A stretch of DNA of 32,000 bases from Candidatus Fokinia solitaria (GTDB taxonomy: Bacteria > Pseudomonadota > Alphaproteobacteria > Rickettsiales > Midichloriaceae): assembly GCF_003072485.1 (NCBI RefSeq), contig NZ_CP025989.1, forward strand, positions 720,001 to 752,000. Reading direction: 5' to 3'. Below the pieces are notes generated by a model. It saw nothing but the letters and a program-made list of their open reading frames with translations. It did not search any database and was not told where the DNA came from. Shown here in pieces: positions 1 to 12,000 of the stretch. Every line of letters starts with the position of its first letter. Position 1 is the stretch's first letter. A program made the position numbers and the translations under genes.

Positions 1-3000
1 GCTCAGATGCTGCTTTTTCTAATGAACTTTTTGTTTGGTCTTTTTGGATCGACTGCGCTGTAATCATGCTTTGTTTTAATCCAATCAGTACTTGCAACTT
101 CGGATCTTGGAAAAAAATACTGCCTTCTACACTATAACCAGCTTCCATTACTCTGATCATATCATCGACATCTACCATCACTTTATTCACTTTTTGCTCA
201 TATTCTTTCGAAGTAGATTGAAACTTCTTTGCTAGCACCCTACTCTGCTGCGAAAGAGATGATACTTCTGGTTCTGTTCCTGTCTCTGAATTTGGTATTT
301 TCAACTGCGAACCTCCTTTTCGCGCTGAGCTTTGCGAAGTTTGCACTATCTTGCGCTGCATTCTATCATGAAAATCTTTTCTAGCATTACGTTCTTCAGC
401 GAGTTCAGATATATTCTTCGCTTTCTTGAAAGCATCATATAATTGTTTTTGCTCCGCGCTAAAAGCATTGTCATTCTCGATCATAAGAGAATTTAGCTCA
501 GATATTTTCTGAGTAAGTGCGATTTGATTTTTGTCTAGTTCTATAACATCTTTATTCATTAGATTAATTTTTTCCTGATATTCTTTCAATATCTCTTGAT
601 CTGTCTCATGCATTCTCTTGTATTCCTTTTGCGTTTTCTTCATCACAGTATACGTCTGCGTCTCGCTCTGATATCGCTCACTTACTTCTCGTTTTTTTAT
701 GAGAGATTTGTCCAGCACCTTCATTACTGCGAATTGCCGTATTTCTGGTGACGTTGCTGCTGGCTGTATACTTCCTTCTAATATTTTTTTATTGTTCTCT
801 AATCGCTGCACATAAGCATCCTGCAGAGGCAGCAGTTTTTGGAGCTTGTCTGATATGATTTTCTTTTTATACGCTTCAGTATAAAGATTTACGCATTCAT
901 CTGTAATATCTGGGACGCCATGTTTCATCATGTTTATATTATCCGTGCCTATTACTGCTCTCTCCTCCTCCAATATTGCGCCTCGTTCGTCATACATAAG
1001 CTCGAGCTTTTGTTCTGATACAACTATAACATCCTGCACTACCTTTAGCTTCTCGAGAGTCGAATCATGTATTTCCTTTGCCGCATCTACAACGGTTTTT
1101 TCAGTAATCTTCATGATTCCTAATTTCTTCTGACATGCTAGAATAAATGCACGTAACGCAGAATCGTACTCTTGCATTAATACTGCTTCCATCGTCTCGT
1201 CTATTGTATCTTGAGACTGAAACCTTCTAATTTTCACTCTCGATTGATCCAAATCGCTCAAAGCTTTCTGAGTATCTGCATCAGATATAACGGGATTATT
1301 TTTTTGAATTTCATCTACTATGTCGCTAAAATTTGAATCACTAACTGGCTTTAATATTTCTAGCTTTTTTGTATTATCACTTATTTCGTTCGTTATTTCC
1401 GATCGCTTCTTCTTTAGATGCTGCCATCTCTCGTCTTGCTCTAGACTACGAAAAGGACGTTCGTCTAATTCTTTATATTCCACATTCATCGTCTTCAGCG
1501 ACTGCTCATCAGCGTCAACTTTGCGCTGTAAAACTAGTAATTCACTCAAGTTCTGTAACTTTTTATAATAGCCACTACTTGCGGCATCACTTGCATCCTC
1601 AGCATCTAATATCTTTTTCTTCTGGTCAAGAGTATACTGTAACAACTCTTCTTCGTCCATTTTTTTCCCTTTCTCATCCGATACTAGGTCTATTCTCTTG
1701 TCTATTTTTTTTTGCTCTTCTAGATAAAACATGCGAGCAGCTCGCACTTTTCCTATCTCCTCGGATAGCTCATTACCCCCGAACCTTTCATTTATGGACG
1801 TAAGCTCATGCTGTGCTATATCTTGCAGGTTACTCGTCTTTATCGTAGAAAGAGATGATTCTTCCATCTGTATAAGTTGAGTATGTAACGAAGATGCTTC
1901 TTTCTTTATCTGTAGCAGCATTGCACCATTTGACAACGTAACTTCGCCGCCCTCTTTTTTCTCAGCATCTTCTACTGTTTTTAGCTCATTCTCAGCACTT
2001 TGCTTTAACTTTTGCATTGCATGATATAATTTCTCTCTCTTTTCATACTGATTACTGAAGTCAAAGTATTTCATCGCATCTTTCACTGCTAAAATATTAT
2101 CATCTAGAAATGCTATTATTGCTTTTAACTGCTTTTTTAATACACTGCTACGACATACAATCCCCTTACTAAGCCAGTCATCCATTTTCATATCTTTGAA
2201 AGTAGGAATAATATCATCAGAACGTGCTCCTACTAACTCCATTAAATCTGCGTTTAAAACTGCGATTTCATCGCCAACTGCTTTCTTTTCAAGCTCAATC
2301 TGCCTCTCATCTACTTGCAGTAATTGAGCTACATCTGCAGCACGCTGACTTTGATACGCATCATCTAGCTTTTGAATATCTGTTTTAAATTGCTCGTTTA
2401 GAAAATCTTCGCCTCTCTTCAAGCGCTTTGCTAGCTTATTATCTTGCCTCCATAAATCTTGCCTTTGGCGCTCCAATTGCATCAACTTCTCTTCGCCTTC
2501 CTGTATATCAGTGACAAATCTCAACTCTTTCATTATCGCTTTCTGCAGAAACTTTTGCTGTAACAGATCCTTATCAGCGTTTGCTTTATTATCTTTTAAG
2601 TCTTTCAGATCTGACATCATTCGAAGTATAGTCTCCATTCCTCCTCTTCCAGCAATATCTACTCCGTTTAGATCTGCATTATCGAAAAACTCGCCTATCT
2701 CTGAGGCCTGAGCATCACGCTGCACTATAGCTTTATCCGGAGATAATTCTAGCGATACGGTAATTTCTAATTTTCTCCATGCATTTTCCATCTCACGATG
2801 TCGGAAAACTTCTCTTATAGCTTTTTCACTTGAGAAGTTTTCATTTTTTTCATGATATTCTGCGTTCTCTTCATCGAAAATTTTCGATATTGCATGATGT
2901 AGATTTAATATTTTCTCTTTTTCAGACTCGATACGCTCGCGCGCCTCAACTCTAGAATCGCGCTCGTGCTGCCGCTGCATCGCTATATCAGTTTTTACCA

Positions 3001-6000
3001 TTTCAGCTTTAAAAAGATCTACCGCATACGCTACTAATGGTGGCATCTTTGCTACAAGCTTCTTTGCACTCTCATGATTGAGTAACGACAACATCTTTGC
3101 AGCATAAGATGAATACTGAGTAGTACTCCCTGGCGTTATCTTGAGATTATTAGCACTATCTAGAATCTGCACCAAGAATTCTTGAAACTGAGACAAATAT
3201 TCCTTTTGCTCAACTAATGTTTTCTTGTATAACTCTTCTTTTTCCTCTTCCTGCTTATGCTTTTCCTTTAAGTACTGTAAAGATTTGAATGCATCAGACA
3301 CTGGGATACTATCACGATAAAACTCCGTTTCTTTTAGAAATTCTTCTAATTTCTGGCGCTCTTGTTCTATTTTTACCATCCCTCTAAAAGCCTCTTTTTC
3401 ATCATCAGAAAAACGGCCCCATTTATTGAAGTTGGTTTCATGCAGAGAAGTTATCTTCTCCTTCGTTGTCTTATTCCATTCTCTCCCCTCCTCTGTTTTG
3501 TTACTCTTTTCGTAACGCAAATACTCCAAAACTAAATCTAAAATATCCCTTCCATATTGAGTCTTTCCAGCTCGCTGTAGCAACTCTACTTCATGATTCT
3601 GTTTTGCTTTCGCTGCATCAAACTCACGCTGAATGCTATTAACTGCATCCTTGTAGGATAACAATACATTATCGTATACACGTTCTGCATCACTCTTCTT
3701 TGGTAGTTTTGCTAATACTTTCTTTATATCGTCTTTTCCTTTCTTTATTAGCATCGCTTTCTCATCTTTATTTTCTAAAATAGCAATAGTCTCCTTTAAA
3801 TGCGCAACAGACTGAGCGTGCAAATCGACATCGCCGCGTACTGCTAAATCTTCTTCCGCAGCATTCCACAGTTCTAATTTACTCAAGAAGCTTTCATTTG
3901 CCTCTATATGGCTCTGTACTTGCACCAAGAATGCACTTCTCGTAGAAGTATATAATGCAACGGCTTCTCCTACTGTTGCAGGATGTTGTGCCTGCTCTAT
4001 GTTAATTTTATATTTCGCAAAAACTTGCCCCGTATTGTGATTGCTTATCGCATTAACTGCCGTTGTTAAGGAAGTACGTAGCTCTGCTTGATTCTCTGGT
4101 CGTTTTTGCCCCTCTAATGCTTGCAATAATTTCTCGTCAGCCTCAGCATTCTGTTGAATTTGTGCCAGGATATCATTTATCAATTGATCATGTAATTGAC
4201 AAGCAGCCTGCCACTCTGTTTCAGATAACTGTCTCCCTGCATCACTGATAACATCTTCATTAGGATTTTGAAATTTTTGCAGCATCGTCTCGATCTGCAC
4301 CTTCTGTGCGGTAAGAGAGCTCTTTTCTATAAGCTTAAGCAGATCTTTTAAATCTTTGTACACTATAGCAGAGTTAGACTTTTGAAGAACAAACTCACCA
4401 GAAAGTTCAGTAAGTTTTTGCTTCAACACCAAACTACGACCGATGTTTCCACGAATGTCAGACTTAAGATGCCCTATCATGTCTTGATATTCACCGATCT
4501 TTTGATCTTCCGGAGAAACTGCTCTTGGATTCAGCAAGTCTTTAAGCGCTTTAAGAGTCCTATCCTTCGCGCGTTGCATAGTGTCTCTTTCCATAGAGCA
4601 ATTTTCTAATAGCCCGGTAACTTTTGTATAATGCACACTTACTGCTTTAGTATTGGCACTTTCCACGTTTTCAGCATTAGTTGGAGCATTTAATTTCTGC
4701 GACAATCCCGAATTCGTATCTTGTTCTTTTTTAAGCGTGACAACGAGAGCATTTCTGAGGTCTTTATATGATATAGCGGCCTCTTTATACGCTGCCTCTT
4801 CAGGAGACGTATTTTCTAAAACTTGCAACTTTTCTTTCATCTTACCAACGTCAGAGAATGCACTTCGTACTTCAATTCTTTCTGCAAAAGTATCAAGCTT
4901 CTTTAAATAAAGATTTATTTCTTGACCATCATTACGTCCAGATGGCACTGGTATGGCATTCAACTCCTCCAAAAGTAGTTTATTTTTACCGCCATTATCT
5001 GCAGTCAGTTTTGTAATAAGAGCATTTTTCAATTCTACGCATAATGCTATAGCATTTGCGTACGTTACTTCATTTTTTACGCGATATAACTTCATCGCAT
5101 CGATATCGTTCTTAAAATCTTTCTGACACTTTTCCAAGATTGGAGAGACATTCGCCTCCCACTTCGAGTCTGCTACTGGATTTTCTGTCACTAGAGTAGA
5201 TAAGTCTTGCAGCACTTTCTCATCGTAAACACCATCATTTTTCTTCTCTTCAATTGTAACAAGAAGAGCCTTGATTTTAGGATCATTTTCTATCTTCAAT
5301 CTCTCTGAGAAATACACATTCATTTCCTCTCTTTCTTTCATCGCTGCTTCAGATATTTGCCATGCTTTTATATCTGCCATGAAAGACGGATGTGCGTTTA
5401 TGCCTCTCTCTAATGAAGCCATCAAACTCGAATAATAATTTTTCTCTTTCTCTAAGTCGCTCTGCTGCTTCTTCTTTTCGTCTATCTGGTCTTGAATCCC
5501 GTCTATAGCTAAAGAAATTGCATTTCTTTCGTCCTGAAGTACAGGTATTTTCAACCTATCATATGTGTTAGCTAACTCGTACTCTTTATCTGCTAGCTTC
5601 ACTTCCTGCAGCTTTTTATCATTCTCCAAAGCAATAATTTCCATAGATACTTCATTTAGTTCCTCATTTATCTTCTCAAGCTTTTTCTCCTTTAATAGAG
5701 TGTGCTTACCTACTATTTTCTTTAAATATGTATCATAATATTCTGGAAGTATAAAATCTGTTCGATGTTGTATTCTAATATCTTGCAATTCCTCCAACAT
5801 TCCTGCCGCTTTATCTAACGAATTCTCCTTCTTATCAGAATAAGTAAGCAGCATTGATAAATTGTGTAGCATCTTCCATATAGTCAAATTATGCTCTTCC
5901 ACACCTATTACCATGCGTTGTGTATCTGATGGGTTTATTTGCGGTAATGCAGCAGCGCATACTCCTTCCGTGCTTCTTCTTAATATTGCTAACGCAGTAT

Positions 6001-9000
6001 AAGATTCGCTATAAGGTATAACTCTCAATACTATGATTCCTTGCGGCACTAATGCACTCGATAGCTTTGCATATGCTGAATCTTTTTGCTCCTGCGTCAG
6101 CATCACATCAGTAACATTTTCAGATTTCCATTGTTCTATCTCTCTTAACCTTTCTTGTATTTCAAAATCTTTCTCTGGACTTGCTATAGTATCATGTCCG
6201 CGATCTGAATTTCGAAGTCTTACCAACTCCGACCATAATGAATCAATGTTATGCTCGTATTCTTTTAATTGCTGCAATACATGTTCTCTATTATATTGCA
6301 TTACCTGTAATAGCATAGCTTTCTCTTGTTTCTGTGCTCCGTCCGCTAATAAAGCAAGATCATGATTTGCTACTTTAATAGCTTCGTCTAATTCATTCAG
6401 CTCGTCACGGCAATTCATACGCCCTTTTCTTGCAGCGTATAAAGACTGCCTCACTTGATCTATCTCGAATTGTATTGTTTTATCCGCTCCTGTGACAATA
6501 AGTCCGTACCTTACTTCAAAGTTATGCAATTGGTCATACGCTTCTCTAATAGTATTGCTGAGTTCAAATCGCTGATGTTTTAACGATTGTAACGCCAATG
6601 ACGTTTCATCAATCTGCCTTTGCAGAAGTACTTTCGTTATCCCATCTACCGGCTGTGATTTTGATAATGTTAATAATGTTTCTTCATGCGCCATTATACT
6701 TTGCCCTATCACTGTAAAATCCTCAATTTTCTTCGATATCATATCCTCTAATCTTGTCTTTTGTTCAGGTTCCGATATTGATTGATCTCTCGATGTTCTT
6801 TCTTCAAACGTGCTAAGCCATTTTTCATTCTGACTTACAGGCGTCGTCTCTAAAAGATTAAAACACTGTGTTTCCGCATCTCTATGTGCATATTTTTTAG
6901 CTTCCAAAGTATACTTTTCATTCATGTATAGTGGATGCTCTATCATATCGTCATCACATAATCCCTCAATCTCTTCCAACTTTTTCGAAACGTATAATAC
7001 CGGGCTATCGCTCAATTTTACAGGAGGCACTAGCTGTTGCTGCATATTTTGAACAACTCCTCCTTGCGCAAAAGCTTGGCTGAGATCCTGCACTTGTACT
7101 ACTGTTTCTTGCTCTACAACTATTCGTTTTGCTGCAATCTCAAGATCGATTTCAGCTATCTTAGCAGCTATCGAGTTCTCTTGCTCACATCTACTTATTT
7201 CCAATTTATTTTGCGCAAGCTTCTGCGCTTGCAGATCTTTTATTGCATCTTGTGCGGACTTGATATTATGCTCTACACCTATGATTGCGTCTTTTGTCTT
7301 CTCAATCGCAGCATCATACATATGTAATGTCTCTATAGAATCATTTACAAACACGCGTTGCGCATCGATGAGTTCTTGATCTTTCTTTACTGCTCTCTCC
7401 AACTCTTGTAATTTCTTTACTTGTGCATTTTTATCTTTTAAGGCCTGTAAACGAAGCTGTTCGATCTCTTTCAACTCTCCTTGATGCTTTTGCAATGTCG
7501 TTCGAGCATTTTGAAGATTAGTCGCCAAAGCAGCATCTCCTGCCACTTGTCGTTCTAAATGACGTAATGTATCAATCTTCTTCTTTGCTGCATCTCCTTC
7601 TGTTATCTGTCTTCTTCTAATCTGCTGCAGGAGAGCTATATCAGGCAATGCCTTCAAATCAACATCTCCTCTAATCACTCCTTCTATTATTCCTTGGTAA
7701 ATTGTCTCATAAGAATTATTCTCTGCACTAGCACGCGCAAGATTATCTTTCATGCCCTTTACTTCTACTATCATCTGCTTCAATACTTCCACTTCTTCCT
7801 TTTTCATTTCTAATTTCTGTAATTCGCCTTGCATTCCTACAACACCATCTTCAACTGATAGCAATACTTCGTTAACCTTCGTTTTTTTGGCTTGTAACTT
7901 ATTCAAGGCTTCTTCTCTCTTCTGAATTTCAATACGAGTGTTTTCTGCATCGTTCTCCGGCAACATTTCCGCTTCTAACGCCGCCTCTATATCAAGATAA
8001 AGACTTATCTTGATATTCGCTTGCTCTAAATTACTTCCTGTTAATGTTTTTCTTTGCGCTCTTGTATTTATAAGTTCTTGATGTACATTTGCTTTGAGTG
8101 TTTCAATCTCTTCTCTATTACGAAATTTTTCAAAATAAGGCATTGGCTGCCCATTTAAATACATCTCTTTTTTTTTGTAAAAGTCAAGCTTTTGCTTAGC
8201 GCCATAATTGCGTAATGACTCACTATACCAGTCTTCCGCAATTTGACATATACTTTCAGCAATAGATACTTCATGTACTGCTTTATGTATTCTTGCAACA
8301 ACGTCTATTGCTTCTTGACTACTTATAGTCTGATGCTTTTGCTCTAATGCTCTTTTTTTATCAAGTAATTGCCGTACTTTCGTATCAGGATTAGCGAAAT
8401 ATGCATCCATTGATTGGAATTGCTGTAGTACATCTGACTTTAGACCAAGAGAAATTAACTGCTGTTGATGCATATTCATCCAAGCGTCAAAACTGCCGTC
8501 TATACGATTAAACGTAACATTATCAGCAGGTAAAACATCACTTTTTTTCCATAACAAATTCTCAAGTAGTACCTCTTCTATCTGCATTGCTGATTGAAGC
8601 GCATCACGCCTAAAAGCATATGTTGTAGCACTATCTGGATTGAGAGGTATCGCTTGTTCCTCTCCAGTAGCTTCTGGCGCTATGGCTGATCTTATCAGCC
8701 CTCCTATATTGACAGAATCTGCAGCAATCTTATCAGACAGATCTGCATCATTCATTGTTGTGTATGCTTTACCATATGCATCTATTTCTTTACGAAGCTG
8801 AATTTCATTCTGTTTTACAATTTTCATTTCATCTTCTGTACTTTTCAAGCGAGCGCGCATTTGGCTTATATTCGCATCTATACCACTCACATCAACACCA
8901 TCTTGAATACGAAATGCCCGTACAATAAGCATATTCTCTATTCTCTTCGCGTCCGCAAAAATCATATCTTGCAATACTGCACCATACGATTGATGATCTT

Positions 9001-12000
9001 TTAGCTTTAATTTCGCAATTTCCACCGTAATTATCAATTTCTGCAATAGAGTATAATTTTCACCTTGTAGAGTAGGTATCAAACTGTTTGCTGAATTCTC
9101 ATTTAATACGATGTCTTTTTCAAGGAGTGCTAGCTTCTCTATTGAATCATTCCTCAATTGGTGTTTTTGTATAATATCAGACTGTATTTTTTCTAGAAGA
9201 AATCTTCTGTAATTTTCATCGCTGGAATGCCAAAGATAGTACATTCCGTGAAGCTCACTTTCTTTGAAATTACTTTGAATAACATGCTCGACTCCATCTC
9301 TTGCGGTTGCATTCAAACTTTTCGCACTTCTGAGCACCTCTTTTTCAATAGATTGTGCAGTTGCTACAACTACATTTTGGTCAGTACGTGCTGTTAAAGG
9401 TAGCTGAGAGAAATATTGCCCCGCTTCTTGCAAGCGAGACAGCTCTCTATCTATCTTGCCAAAATTCACTCTCTCAGACGCCCAATTAGAGTAAGCTGTA
9501 GCTGTTCTTTGCAATTCTGCTGTAACAACAACGCAATCTTGCACAGTATGTCTTTGCGCAGGAGACATCTCGTTAAATTTATCTATCCACTGCGAAGTAC
9601 GTTGCCGAGTTTCTGCTCCTAATTTAAAGAGTTCTCTTGCATTAGCTCCTTCAGACTGTTTTTGCTCATACAATAGCGTAACTTGACCGTTTCGTTCATA
9701 ATATTCTTGTCCTTCAACTGCAACTCGCAATGTATTGTACAACTCTTTTTGACGTTGAGAATTAATTGTCGCTTCTCTTGATTGCTTCAGATAAGACGAT
9801 ATTAAGTTCTTTTGTAATTTTTCTTCTGCAATTTCAAATTCAGTCCTTGCGTAATCCAAATCTCCAGCAACTTTAGTAGCTAAAACACCTTCAAGCTCTA
9901 CTATCTTATTTTCTGATGCGACAAGCGCCTGCTCTAACCTTACAATATTACCTTCTGCAACATTGAGAGATAAGTCATTCTGCGCAGCACTGTCCTCTAA
10001 TGCCAATAACGTAGCGTCGCGTATAGAATTATCCGTTGATGTAGATTCTGCTAAGGGCTGAAGAGCAGGTACGTTGGTATAATCTTTATTAATAAACTGA
10101 TACTTGCTTACTGCAATAGTGATCTCTTTTATTCTCTCTTTTGCAAAATGTATCGTTCTGTCGTATCTTCCTATCTCTTCAATAAGTTGAAGATGTTTCT
10201 TATATAGATCGTATACTTCTCTATGCTCAGCATCAAGCACTGGATTTGATGCGCAATATTTCAGGAAATGTTCCAAAAGCAGCTGATAATTTGACAACTC
10301 TGCTACTGTCACATTGCTTTTATCCATTAGAATGGCTTCATTCATTTTCCTTTCAATATGCAGGCTGTTCTGCGCTGCTATTAAAATAGGTATTAAATCG
10401 ATTTCTTTTTGTATTGCATCCTTCATATCCTTAATATCCAACGCTATTTCTTTTTTACTATACGATCCTGTATTTTCTCTCACTGCGCTATACTCATTAT
10501 TCGCTTTTTTCAGTTTGTCCTTTATATCATCAATCTCTCTTTCAAAAGCTTTCTTCTGAAGCTCTTTTTGCTTTAAATCTCTAGCACAATCCGATGACTT
10601 TTGCGCACAATCTTGAGAATTGCAAGTAACAAGTAAATTACTTAGCTTTACATTTTCTTCTGCTATTTCTGCACTAAGCCGTAATATTTTACTTTCTAAA
10701 TCGGTTATCTTGAGATGGAAGCTTTCCTTAATATTATCTAACTCTCCTCTTCTTTTGTAAGACACTGCACCATTTTGCATTGCATTGCTTTTCTGCGAAG
10801 GTTTAATCTTTCTTCCAAGAACGGCTCCATTCTCTTTAAAGGTGACATTTTTCTTTTGAAGATTACGATTTTTTTGTGGCTTCTCACCTAATACGCAAAA
10901 TTCTCCATAGCAAGGCGTTGTAGTAGAATCGAGATTTTTGAGATCAAATTTTTGCTTGAACTGTAGCGTATCAGGCGCTTGTTCTAATATATGCGATTGG
11001 GAATCATTGCTCTCTGAAACAACGGTAGCAGGCCCTTGCTTCAATTGTAACCGACTCATTACATTTTGATGAGCTGCATTTGATTGCGAAGCTGCTCCTG
11101 CTGCTTGCTTCTGTGGCTCTACAGTTGTTTCTTCACGCTGATATAGCGGCACATGAAGTAATTTCGCTACAGAAGAGAGATCTTTGTAATTAGATAATTC
11201 CTTTTCCAATTGCCGTATCAAATTCGCTTCCTGCACCATCCTCGCTATATAAGAGTTACCACGCTGCTTTAATGATTGAAGCTCGGATTCTAGTGCGCGT
11301 ACTTTCTGTTCACGTTCTGTAACAGTATTTATACTCTTCTGTAAGCGTGCTTTTTCTTTCAGTAATCTTGCAATTTGCCCTATAGTTTCTGGAGGATGTG
11401 CTTCTCCTTCTTGCAATGAAGCAAGTGTTCCTTGTAAACGACGTATCTCACTATCTAATGCCATTATTCTATTGGCATTAGATTGTGCTTCTGCAGCAAT
11501 AGCTTGAGCGCCTCCTAACTCCTGTATTTTCGCGACGATTTTTTTCTCACTCTCTTTTTCATGAATCATTTTTGAACGTAAATCCGCTATCTTTGTTTGC
11601 GCTCTAAGTAATCGATTTTTCGTTTTTATGAAATTGAACCTCTCTTGTTCTTCGCCTTCTTCAAGATTTTGCAATGTACTACCAAAGTTATTCACACGAT
11701 CTTCTAAAAGCTGTATATCATTGTAATACGGCGTAAGCATAGATTGAATATTGTAATGAGTCGCTAATGCATCTACCGCATCCAATCGCATTCTCATCTC
11801 ATCTATAGATCTACGATATTCACCTATATCTCTCACATGCACATCACGCGCTTCACGTAGCATCCTTGCTCTGCTTTCAATATTACTAAGATTTATATCG
11901 TCTAAAGGCGTACCATTTTCTAAACCAAGATAATAATCTTTAAGTGTATCTTCTAATTCTTGCTGATCTTGTAAAACGTCCTGTAATTGCGCTTCTGCAG

